64,000 nt of DNA from Paragordius varius. Taxonomy: Eukaryota; Animalia; Nematomorpha. The position numbers were made by a program, and so were the translations under genes. Below are positions 23,514 through 35,976 of this stretch, piece by piece (the first letter of the stretch is position 1; every line of letters begins with the position of its first letter). A model generated the notes under the pieces. It did not search any database. It worked only from the letters and a program-made list of their open reading frames with translations, and was not told where the DNA came from. Where the stretch lies: positions 1,178,001 to 1,242,000 of the forward strand of contig OZ176051.1 of assembly GCA_964247055.1 (NCBI GenBank), in the 5' to 3' direction.

Positions 23514-26500
23514 ATGCTGAATTGCAAGTGGTACGATGGTTTAAATTTTGAAAACTTAAAATTTACTAAAAGTGATTTAGCAGTTTCTAAGGTTAATGTC
23601 CAAAATTTATTTGAATATGCTCAAAAGTGTTATGATCACGGATCTCAAAAAGTTATGAAAGGTAGTTTTATATAAAAATGTTTTAGATGATAAAGATAAC
23701 CGCTTTAAAAAATTTCTAAGCCATGGAACATATTCTGATAAACTTTCAACTTACATGATCTTGATACAGGATTATGGGTTGTATAGCTTATTGTATTTGT
23801 TGGAGTTATCAGGTATTTGATTAAATTTTACAGTAAGAATCTATTCAAGTGGGTAACCGTCGATTACTAACTAATCACCTTCAATCAATATGTGAGTTAT
23901 TTATTTCCAATGTAATGCCAAAATACAGAAAACTTAAACACTTTATTACACAACCATTTTTGCCTTTTCTTTGCGAATACTTTACTGCAAATCACAAAAA
24001 TCTTAAAAACAATTATGACTTTGATTTAATGGTAAAAGTTACATCGTTAACCTCATTAAACACCGACCGATTTAAATATATATTGGCAAACATCTATTTT
24101 GAGCATGTATTAAAAGTAGATGTTTATTTGCCATTTATCCAAAAAATAATCGCGTTAACAGAGGATCCCGTTAAAAACATTCAGTTTATTGCAATAAAAA
24201 CACTGTCCACATTGTTAATAAATATCCCAGAAAATGAAATATTAATTATGGAGGCGTTGGTAAATAAACTTACATATCCTGACACCCAAGTGTTTGGTTT
24301 AACATCATCGTGTCTTTCCAACATATTAGCATTTCATCCAAACATAATTTATTACCTGTTTGAGCAACTAAAAACGTTAATAAATACTAAAATATTGCGA
24401 TTAGTTTGCAGAAAATCGTCCATCTTAACAGCACCTTCTAAAACTAAAGATATGAAATCGGACCCAAAAATGATTCGCAGACGAAAAATAAGTAAGAAAG
24501 AAACAAGCAATCAAAATAAATTGGAAAGAAAATTCAATAAATACGATCAAATTTTTGTGAGCCTTATAACATTTCTCCGTAAATGTTTGACGAATTATTT
24601 TTTCAGAGTTAAAAAATCTAGCATTTCAACATTGAACAAGGAATTGGAAAATAAATTTACTTCGGAAGTTCTTGAATTTTACTTTTCGCTATTTCAAGTA
24701 TTATTAAGATTATTGTTAAAATTTTACAATTTTTATTTATTCGAATTCTCTATTAAACATTTCAATTTCACCTTTTATATATCTGTGCTAAAAACACTTA
24801 ATATAAGTTTTTATAAAACATTTTTTTGTTTTTACTTCTAGATAATTAGTTAAATTTGATCTAATACTTAACATTTGAATTAAGCTATTTAAAATTTTTT
24901 AAAACTACTTCCAGAACAAATATTAAAATATATTAGACACTCAAACTATTAAGTGAATTTGAAGTGTTTATGGGTGAATTGAATTGTTCCAAGGTTATCT
25001 AATGTAAATGGTATTTAATTATCATGGGCATATACTTATATATTTTATCATATTCGGTTTTTATTTTTTATAATTGGTTAATATAGCCTCTTGATTTATA
25101 AATAAATCCTCATCCTAATATTTTTTAATATTAGGCTTTATTTTTACGCATGTTAGCAATTTGTTTTAGCATTCAATAATATTAAAAAAAAAACAAGCCC
25201 TTTAATGGTATTATAACATTTTATTTAAAAATTTTAAACAATAATTTAGCAATTAGCGCCTCATCACGAATACCTTTCTCCAAAAATACTAAATTCAATT
25301 TTTTTGGGAATCAATAAACTCGCCCCAAATCTTAAAGTTGAAGGCGTGAGCAGTTCTTTGTCACAAGAAATCGATACATTGTTTGCTTTGGCCGACAAAA
25401 GCAATTTAAAAACAAGTAAATTGGGGGTTTTTCACCATATTATGCTAAATAAAACTTTTTTGGTGAGAGTTATAAATATAATTAATATATATCATAAACT
25501 ATAGTAAAAAGCAAAACAATATTTTTATTATATTTCAATATTTTTATTTGTGCTTGAGAGTTCCAAATTTTCGTCTCCTCTAAAATGGACGATCTTAAAC
25601 GCAATGCCGATTTTGCAATGAGAATTTATAATATATTTTATACTATGTAATAAAATATTTTTTAGATATTTCATACTTTGTTTTGGATTAAATTTTTCAC
25701 TTGAAGCCTATTTTAGGGTCTTTTGGAGCCAAGTGAATACGGTAAAAAACCGATGAAGGTGAACATTATCGCCTCAGAATTTTGAGTGAAATATTTTTTC
25801 CTTTTTAAATTTATAAATATTTAAAACGTATTTTTTACGAAAATTTTACTTATATTAGTAAATGAACCAAAATTTTAATCAATATTCGCAGGTTATAGAA
25901 ATGGCTGTAAGTGTTTATATGCCGTTTTCTTTCTCTCTCTCTCATACCATAAAAACGCTTCGACAAAATTTTACAAAAGATTTTTTTTATATAAAGTAGC
26001 ATTTTTTAAAATTTTCTTGATGCCATAATTTATCACAAATATTTTATCGCTAGATCTCCTTGTTTAAGAGAACTTGTCCATTTTAGAAGGGGCTTAAAAT
26101 CTAAGACTTTCGATTTAAATAATTAAACTTTATAAAGTGTTGTTTTCTTTTTAATATTGTTTATGGATATTTTTTGAATAACCGTTTTGCTTCCATCAAA
26201 ATATTTAAGCGTAATGTGCGCAAATACTATTTTTTATATGAACCAACTCTTCTTAAATGACATCCCATAGACAAAAGCACCATGAGGATACTGATGCATT
26301 TTTCTTTCTATTTCTTATGCACTTTTAAATATTAAGTACTAGTTTAAAGATATTTGAAAGTGAATATATTCATTTTTGCAGTTTTGATTTATCGTGGCTT
26401 AAAAATACCAAAAACAAAGTAGTTTGTGGGATTTGAGCATCTTTAAACGAATATTTTAGATAAGCGCTCTAGGAAAGGGGTAAATTAAAAATAATTAATT

Positions 26501-28026
26501 TTAGTGTCTTACTTTATCGGCAACGTTCATTTAAAAAACTCATTATAAGAGAAACTAATTTATTACATACAACAAAATAATTTATTATTTATATTTTCCC
26601 ATTAGAATTCCAAATTCTTCATTTTATCCACCAAATATTTGTGGGACCCCAAATGATTTCTCTTAAATCTGATATTTTGATTGAGGGTGAACAATCAATT
26701 TCCACCAAATTTTTTGAAAAACTGTACGCCGTACTTAATAATGAACCAACTTTCTTTCACTCACAAAGTTGTAGCAAATTCATTAAACTTATTCACACTT
26801 GTCTCACACATGATGAGAACATTGACAGGATACGGGTAACGTTTTTTTTGCGCAGGGTATTTTAAATTTGTTTTTTGTCAAAATTTCTTTTATCGGCCAT
26901 TTTAATATATGTTATTGTAAATGATCAATATTTTCGCTTTTTTCATCAGTTGACAATAAACACTTAAATCATTTAAATAATTATATTGTGGCATTGAAAA
27001 AACTTTAATACGATAGTTTTAATTTACACGAGTCTATTAAAACAAAATTAAACGTTAAAAAGTTTTGCCCACACAACAAATTATCTAGTAAACTTAAACA
27101 TTTTATTTTTATTAACACACCATGTTACAGAAATTCGTTTACACCCTACTTGACAAGAGTTTAAATCTCACATCAGTCGAATATACAATCGAATGTATTC
27201 AATGCGCATTCCATATAATGTACACTCTACAGCATGATAAAGGTATTTCTTTGCTACTACCAACATCAGATATCCCCGTTGAATTGCATGGCGAGGAGCA
27301 AAATAAAACAGGTCAGAGAAGAAAATTTAGTAAAATCATTGACCCTTTTAACATTGGGGCACAAATTAAGAGTTCTGTCCCGCGAGAAAAAAAGCGAATA
27401 AAGCCAAACGAAATGAAAGCTAATGATTATCAAGATACAGCTTACATGTCTGAATCGGGACAGTTTTATCAAATTTATGCGGTGAGTTATTATGTCAAAA
27501 ACGATATTTCAATTAAAATTATTTAAATAAACAATATGTTTAACTAATGTCAAAAACTTTTACCAATCCATTTGAAAAGGCAGTTAATTCATATTTTTTA
27601 ATAAACAAAAAGCAATAATTTTTTATACAGTTTGTAAATCAATATTTGACACAAGCAATTAATTAATTCGAAATTTAAGATTTTTACACCATATACATGT
27701 GATACATAAAAATTAATCTTTTTTTTCTTTTTCAAAATATTTGATAATAGTTAATGGACCATTATCACCCGACAGTTTCTTTAATTGCACGCAATTTTGT
27801 GGAAGGACGTCCTCCCATTTTACTTGTTTCAACAAGGACAGCAGCTGATGGCAAGAAAAATTATAATAATAATAACAAAAGTATAAAAGCAGAAACTATA
27901 CTTAATTCAGAAAACAATCCAGATTTGCGGGCTAAAAATCCATATTCTTTAGCGCACTTTTTGGAAGGTTTTATTAGAAAAAAACCAAAAATTGATTGTG
28001 ATATATTACGCTTTCCTGTACAATAA
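23514..28026 (+). CDS. CEBPZ: CEBPZ/NOC1/MAK21 (CBF domain, 60S biogenesis). Exons ~23514-23661, 23687-23812, 23838-24697, 25250-25415, 26606-26835, 27131-27481, 27751-28026; true start uncertain
   Basis: KWYD, HGTYSDKL..MILIQD, VMPKYRKLKHF, LVNKLTYPDTQV..LSNILAFHPN, ILNSIFLGINK..QEIDTLF, KFVYTLLD, DHYHPTVSLIARN and LAHFLEGFIRKKPK match NOC1-family motifs in order. Frame is consistent across splices. Confidence 0.9.
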
Positions 28027-28266
28027 ATAATATATTTCCAATTATTTTAACTTTGTTTTGGGTAAAAATAAAAATATATTCGTGTACAATGGATGTTTTA
28101 TTAAAATAACAGATATATAAAAATGTGTAGGTATAATTTAATTTTAGAGTGATTGATTGGTGTTTAAACAGCTCACAAAATATCATAGATTGAGATTTTA
28201 AAAAAATGGTAAAGCATTCACTGGGTGTATAGTGTTTGGTTTTTAAAATAAACTCTCACAAAGGGT

Positions 28267-29711
28267 TTAATGTGGATGATCTCTGCTAAATAAAAGATCC
28301 AAGGGGTCACCAAAAAAAGCTTGGCTAGAAAAATCGGTTTCATTCGAGGAAAAATTTGGGCCCTGAATATTGTTATCATGATGATTTAAACCAATTGTAT
28401 TGGTAGTGTCAGAGTCTGTTGAGAAAAATGCGTTGGAATTAATACTAATATCATAATAATTTCCTGTTTCAAACATTTTATCATCTGGTAGGGCAAAATT
28501 GGTATGTTGTGTTTGTTGAGCAACTTTTGTCGTTTCATAAAGGGATGCAGGGACAGATGTGTTGTTGGAAAAGAAATCTAAAAGAGGATTTATATTTGGT
28601 GTCATATCGTTATTTTCGGTTTTGGCAGTGCTAATTTCACCATTAATTTGTGTTTCAGGAATATTATGTATATGGATAGACGATGTGATAATTGGTTGAG
28701 TATTTTTATGTTGTTGAGAGGTATTATTTGTGTGAGGAACACATCTTTCCAAAACAACCCTGACATCATTCGACTTCGCAGCCTTTTTCAATATTTCTTC
28801 TTCGTCTGCTTTAATGTTTTTGGGGTCAATGTAATTATCGTCGTGAGTGAATCGCTCATAAGGTACAAGGAGTGGACAAACACATTCTAAAGCCAACCTG
28901 ATATTGTTAATACTGGGTGCTGGATAAAATGATTGAAAATGATATTAATAATGCTCGTTTATCCAAATTAACGCTTTAAGAATATACAACCCAATAACTT
29001 TTTATGGTTAAATTTTTAAAATGGGTTTTATAGAATGCAAATATGTAAAAAAGATTACATGATATTAAGGTTAACCCATTTACCTGTTATGGTTAAGCTG
29101 CCCGTAGAAAATATTTTTAGGGTTGCTTTGGGATCTTTGAGTGGATATGTGACTCCCGGATGCAATTCGGGTTCATAACTAAAATATTATGTATAAGATT
29201 TATAATATATATATGTTTTAAAAATATATGTAAAAACCTAGCCTGAGGTTTATGATCGTTTGCAAATTGAGTTATTTTGAGAGGAAATGGGAGTTGGGTT
29301 GTGGCCAAAACATTGACAACTCGAAAATTACAAAACCTGATGGCGAAACCCAAATTTTGTAAAATTCTGGCGACTCGTCGGCAAGCAATTTTAGCGTTTT
29401 CCTCACTTAAAAAAGTTTTATTTTATATAAACCTCGTTGCTCCAGTTACAACCACCTTTCCTGACGACCATATAGTTGCAGTACAATAAGGCTTACGGAG
29501 TTTCATATAAACTAACTTAAAATATAAAAATCGTTACTCCGTATTCCTTTCTAAGCTCTACATTTTTTCCTTCTAAAGCTATTTTCCGAATGTTTAAATG
29601 ACATTTAGTTGTAAATGCAGAAACAACATTACTGACATAAACGGGTAAAGAAAAATTAAGTAGAGTAACCGTGAATGTGGCTTGAGAGTCGGTTAAACAA
29701 TTTATGCTCAT
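28267..29711 (-). CDS. TBPL1: TBP-related factor 2 (TRF2/TLF). Exons 29711-29538, 29515-29433, 29405-29238, 29178-29084, 28919-28267
   Basis: SNVVSAFTTKCHLNIRKIALEG, MKLRKPYCTATIWSSGK, NFRVVNVLA, SYEPELHPGVTY and ATLKIFSTGSLTITAP are TRF2-type rather than TBP-type. Introns are 22, 27, 59 and 164 nt. Confidence 0.93.
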
Positions 29712-30249
29712 CGACACAAGATCATATGTAAAATTATATTTAAATTTTAAGGATTCCTGTTTTCATGCGTAAATAAATAAAAATTAAAGTAATCAGTATA
29801 AAATACCTTATTTGTATGACAAGTATGTAAAACATATAATTTTGATACGTATTTTTTGTATCCATAAGAAATGGATCTACTTTGCTTAGGTCGAAATAAG
29901 AAATACAACTTAAAGAATAGATTTTATAAGTAAAAGCAGAAAGTGCTCTTACAAATATTCATGTAAATTCCAATGCTGCAAGCTTTTAAAATTATAAAAC
30001 TATTTTTTTGAATTACAAATATTAAACAGATCGAAGATCTTAAGTTATATATTATTTAAGCAACAGTTAATGGTAGTTTCCGTAAATGCATAGTTTATAT
30101 AATTAGATGTTGATCTATAACCCGTATTAAATTCGGCTTAAAGATATCTTAATGTCCCTCTGGGACAAAAACTAATTATAATGGAGCGTTAAATCAAAAT
30201 TTTTTGGCATTAGAGATTGTATAAAAAATATCACTAAAATATATCATAT

Positions 30250-30960
30250 ACATATAAAAAGCAAAACGATATTTTTAAGAAATCATAATTTTTAGATGTA
30301 GGCTCCGAAATGTTCCAATCTTTATTTCTTTGCTAAAATAGCTAGTCCTCATAAAATAAACGCAAAAATGCCGGTGTGGCGCGATAAAAATTCTAATATA
30401 TGCTAAATTATATCAACCAAAAGTATTGATATGCATGATTTTATCAAAAACTTATAGCAATATTCTGTTGAAGCATCATTTATACTATTTAAGACTAGCC
30501 TTTTTTAATATAAAGATGAACATTCCTGTAAGTCAGAATTTCAGCTTAAACGTTCGTTTACTTTGAAATATATAAATTAAATTACTTTTTAGATAAACTC
30601 AGCAAAATTTTAAAATAAAACGTTTAAACTAAAATTTCGAAGCGATATAAGTTCACTATCATCAAAATAAATAGAAAAAGTGTTTTAAAATATCAAAAAC
30701 CGTATTCATACCGTTTCCATCCTGCCTCAAAATAGTATGGAATATGCTTCAATAAAATTAATTAATTTTTTTGAAAAAAATATGCGATAAAAAAATATTT
30801 TTTATGACAAAATTTAGTATATATTTAAAAATTTTATCGCGCCCTCTCGGCATTTTTGCATTCCTTTAAAGATAACGAGCCCATTTTTGGAGAGCCTAAA
30901 AGGATTTTCCTCACATCTAAAAATTAAAATTTTTAAATAATGCTTTACTTTTCATTGATG
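30250..30960. repeat. Inverted pair of R1 arms (~30250-30420 and ~30800-30960), a decayed long-TIR element
   Basis: TTTTTAGATGT...CGCAAAAATGCCGGTGTGGCGCGATAAAA versus the reverse complement of TTTTATCGCGCCCTCTCGGCATTTTTGC...ACATCTAAAAA. Confidence 0.6.
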
Positions 30961-31987
30961 GTTTTTAAGATTTACTTTGGTAATACTTTTTGGAAGGAAG
31001 CATTATAATTTTTCACAAAATTTTATGCAAAAAATGTGCGCCAATTTTCCCATTTCATGATATGCATATATACAAAGTGTAAATAACTTTTAAAATCACT
31101 CGTAAAGATTTTCCAACATAATATGTATATATATATATATATATATATATCAGTTATTTTATGCCCCCTGATTTTGCTCAGTGTTATAATAAAAAAATGT
31201 ATCAGGATTATCAGAATGCTTTTGGTTTTATCTCTTAGATTCGAAAAACATAATGAAACTTTCGTGGTACTGCTCTATTATTTCAGATATATTTATAAAC
31301 TGGTGAAAGCTGTTTCATTCCAAAAAATATTACCAAATAATATAATAAACATAAAAAAAGCAAAGCACTATATTTTAAATTTTAATTTTTAGATGTGGTC
31401 ATTAAAAGTCTTAGGTTTTTACCCATCCGAAATGAGCAAATTACTTAATAAACACAATCCGCGCGATTCGACAAAACTCTAAAAAATAAAGTTTTTTATC
31501 TAATAAAACGTTCGATAATTAAATTTTAATTAAAATAACTTTTAACAGTAGTTTTTTTACAAATTTGTTCGGGATATAAAATTTCCCTAGATGGTAAACT
31601 AGTCGTACGGACCAAAACCAAGAGCGCCAATTTCTGATATATTTTTCTATCAGAAGATATATATTTCAGGCTATTTTTTGTGGACACTGTGTTATGTTGT
31701 TCAATGATTAATTTTTGTATTAAAATATATTATACGATATTTAAGATTTTTAATTCCATAGCAACCGTCTTGGAAAACGAAAAAGTAAAATTAATTAGCA
31801 TTATTTATTAAAAATGGTCGCTTTTTGTTATTGAAATGGATAATGGTTAAATTTAATCAGATATTTTTTTATCCCTTTTTATAAATTATATAATATATTA
31901 TAAATTGCGTACATTTAAGATCATCGCATACATAAATTATTAGCAGAAAGTCAGTTTTTGTATTAAAACATTTGTTTATTGTTACTC

Positions 31988-32986
31988 ATGCGTCCACAAC
32001 TGTTACGTTTATGGTACTAAAATATTTTTTAACTTTCTAGTTTTTATCGCACAATGACTAAAGGAGATTGGGGAAGTGGAACTGCTAGCGTATTTTTATT
32101 TTTAAATAATAGGGTGGTGGTGGTGGAGGATCTATTAGGTATTTTTTGCCTTTATAATTTTAAAATAAGGATAAAAATAATTGACATTTTTTTTTTATTA
32201 AATAGAGATGCGGGTGGGAAATTTGGTGAAATGGGTGCGGCACGCGAAGAAGAGTACTTTAGAAAATTGGTATATTTTTGATGAATAGTTAATTATATTA
32301 GTAAATAACATTTTCCCTTTAACGCTATATAAAAGCAACAAAATTTATTGATACTTATTATTAACAGTTATACGGTGTAATTTGGTGAACTGTTAATATT
32401 AAATGAACCTATACTTTAATTTAATACTTTCTTTTAGAATTGTTTAAATTTTTTCAGAAAAATTTGTTAACTAATCAACGGATTTGTAAATTATTTTTTA
32501 GCCAATTTTTTTAACTTTTTCATTCAAATCCTGTCTTTGATTTTTATGAACTCTGTTCGGTCAATATTTGAAACACCAATGTTTGTGTTAGAATTATTCC
32601 ATTGCAATGAAGCCAGTCATTGTTTATTAATATGAATTGATAATACCATATTTTCACTTGGAATTATTTCTTATTTATAGAAATTGACATACGTATATTG
32701 ACATCGCTAGTATTTAATCCATCAGTAAACATAAAGGGCATTCCTTTTATATACAACATTTTTTATTTTTATTGCAATTTTTACAATACTATGTCCAAAG
32801 AATATTTTTTTGTCTTTACAGTCAAAACAGCAATTAGACTATTTGCACAATCAACATACGGATGAAATCAAAGTACATGAGGAAGCCATGCAAAAACACA
32901 ATGAGGAAATCACAAGACACAAGAAAAAAATTGCGGAGTTGGAAAAGAAGAAAAAAGAAATGGAAGATCAAAAAAGTCGATTATAA
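31988..32986 (+). CDS. ATP5IF1: Mitochondrial ATP synthase inhibitory factor IF1, 109 aa. Exons 31988-32013, 32041-32089, 32113-32138, 32206-32269, 32822-32986
   Basis: Spliced product MRPQLLRLCFYRTMTKGDWGSGTASGGGGGGSIRDAGGKFGEMGAAREEEYFRKLSKQQLDYLHNQHTDEIKVHEEAMQKHNEEITRHKKKI.. carries the IF1 GSIR.AGG.FG...A.EE.YF signature and His-rich coiled coil. Exon lengths sum to 330 nt. Confidence 0.92.
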
Positions 32987-33296
32987 GTTTTGCATGCAAT
33001 GATTTAATTTTAACTCTCCCAATGGCAAATATTAGTTTTAGAATCCATAAATAAATTTTTGCATTCATAATCGTATTTGGCATATAACCCAATGGTACTC
33101 AAACTGCGACCCTAAAGTTATTTCTTGGTCATGTGAAATTTTTAACTAAATCGAGATAAATATCAGCATATATGTCAAACAGCTATGCAATATTTATCGG
33201 TATTTTATGTTACACGGCCTTTAACACAAGAAATATATATTATGCGGCCTTATAACTTTTTTGTTGATTGTCACTGATATAATCTTTCTATATATA

Positions 33297-35333
33297 CTAC
33301 TAGCGTAAATCTAGTTCTGCTAGTCAGCCCGAGGAAGTTCGGACTTCTGGAAGGGGGGGGGGCTATTTAAAAAAGGGACAATAAAATGATCCACATATGT
33401 GGATTATTTCGAAACATTATTTAATAGCTATGATCTCATAGGAATTTTAAAACGGTACATTCATACTAATATATTGTTTACTTGGGGGAAAATAAATTCA
33501 AAAAATTATTTTTGTGGATTTTGTTTTTTTTTAAAAAGGCATTTTACGGGAAGAGCGGGTAAAAAGAGGGCCTAAATTAAAAAAGCGAGCCGACTATTTT
33601 CGGCGCAATCGAAAATAAGTAAACAAAAATCATATTTGAAATTGAATGGTCCAACACGTTCTCCGGAAAATTGTCTCAAAGACACAATTTACTTGTGTTT
33701 TCAAAAAAAACCCGTTTATCACACGGAATGGGCCCGAGTTGGGGGCCTAATTCAAAAAAGGGCGAAGCTATTGTCGGGACATTCATTAATGATTATATTT
33801 TTTCGACATTTAGATTTAAATGGATCTACCGGTTTTCCGGTACCAGATCACAAAGCCACATGACGAATCAGTTTTTAGCAGGTAGCTCCTTGACCAGCCG
33901 CTATCATCAAAGAAACACTTGACTAAAATTTTGCCTTTTAACAGGGAATACGTAGAATCCTTTTTGAGTTTACGGTCTCACACCTTGGGCAAAAAATAGA
34001 TTCAAAAAATTATTTTTGTGGATTTTTTGAAAAATATGGTATTTTACGGGGGGAGCGGGTAAAAAGAGGGCCTAAATTAAAAGGGCGAGCCGGCTATATT
34101 CGGCGCAATAAATAAGTAAATAAATTCATATTTGAAATTGAATGGTCCAACAGGTTCTCCGGAAAATTGTTTCAAAGACACGATTTTTGTGGACTTGTGT
34201 TTTCAAAAAACCCGTTTTTTACACCGGGTGGGCCCGAACTGGAGGCCTAATTAAAAAAGGGCGAAGCTATTATCGGGGCATTTAATGAATATATTTTTTC
34301 GACATTTGGATTTGAATGCGTCTACCGGTTTTCCGGAAACAGATTACAAAGCCAGAATTTTCCATTTTTATAAATATATAGATTTCCCAGTCAAAAAACT
34401 GTTCCCACTCATTTAAAACGTTTTCTTAGTCTATCGAAACATTTTCCCAGTCAATAAAAACGGTTATATTTTTGATGATAAATATCGAAATAAGATATAA
34501 AAATAACTCTTAATCATTAAGACCACACTAATTAGGATATTACTTTTTAGCAAAATACAATTATTAAATGCAATTTTTTTATTGTATCCAATACATAATC
34601 ATTAATGACTTCTATAAAAGTTATATTTAGATTAAGTAGATATCATTTTATGGTTTATGAGATATTTTAAAGAAAATATTTAATAATCATTTTATTTTAT
34701 CAATTGTTCGCATTTATAATCAGCTATAGTTTCGGCTGAAATAATAAATTAAAAAATATACCATTTTCATCTCAAATCGGTCATTTAACACTTCAAATCG
34801 GATTTTAAACATGTAAAGTTTGTCGATAAAAAAACTGACGAAAAAGAATATTTGAACAAAAAGTAATTTTCAGATGAAAATGAGGATGTTGGACTAAGAT
34901 ATACGATATAAATTAGGGCAGAGTTGCAAATGTTAAAAATCAGATTTGAGGTGTTAAATGGCAGATTTGAGATGAAAATGGTATATTTTTTAAGTTTTCC
35001 CCCCGAAACTATGAATTCTATAGGTTAGCCCCGATTATAACTGCGAGCCATCGATAAAATAAAATTATAAAATAAAAATATCTCAAAAACCATAAAATGC
35101 TCATCCAGTTAATAAAATATAACTTTTATAGAAGTCATTAATGATTATGTTTTGGCATATAATAAAAAATTGCATTCAATAATTGTGTTTTTCTAAAAAA
35201 TAATATCCTAATTAGTGTAGTCTTGATGATTAAAATTTATTTTGACATTTATAATCAAAAATGAAACCGTTTTTATTAATTGGGAAAATGTTACGATTGA
35301 CTGGGAAAACGTTTCGAGTGACTGGGAAAATGG
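33297..35333. mobile_element. Foldback-type non-autonomous DNA transposon with ~420-bp imperfect TIRs, apparent TA TSD
   Basis: 34383-34800 is the reverse complement of ~34940-35333. Subterminal TTTTCCCAGTCA repeats. The left end TA|CTA is separated from TTTCCCAGTCA by Helitron H4. Confidence 0.7.
33300..34382 (-). mobile_element. Non-autonomous Helitron copy H4 (1083 bp, duplicated 5' module)
   Basis: CTAG end at 33300-33303, TC start at 34382, A|T insertion. The module occurs twice (~33500-33860 and ~34000-34382). Confidence 0.9.
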
Positions 35334-35976
35334 TACCCGGAGGCTTACTCTTGTAATAAAATTTAATAACAAAAGATATTACTGCCAAAATATAATTATC
35401 TAATTTTACATTTACACATATTAACAAAATCACTTTAATTCTCAACCGTTTAAATTCAACAGCCTAAATTAGGCATATTTTACCGAAAGAAACAGCCAAT
35501 ATCTTAAAGCAATATGGATACATCTAGAAGATTAAATTGACGATTAGTTCGAAAAGCATATAAAATTGACTACGAGTTTAGTTTCATTCATTTTAGCGAT
35601 TTAATAAGATATAAATTTGAAGGCAAAGGGTTTGATGAGTTTTTTTTAGAATTTCATTGAAAACCTTTTATGAATAATGCGCCTAATAAAATGCTATAGA
35701 AGGATATTAGGCCCAATACCATAGATATTTTCGGAGATTTTTGGTTTTATATCGCTTTGGGATAAAAAGAACTGTTATAGATTTTATAACTATAATAGTA
35801 TATTCATTAATTTTATTAAATAAATATAAAATGTCTGTATGAATCACAAAAACATATATGTAGATGGATAAATGCTTTAATATAAAGAGACGTTTAACAA
35901 TTTAGAAATAGCACATTTATGATGAGTATATTTATATAAAGATATTATTATGCTTTTGTTTGTTCCATCTATTAAA

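Noticed and set aside
35460-35800. Coding-like patch downstream of the RasGAP stop
   Set aside because: All frames are interrupted and no motif could be assigned.
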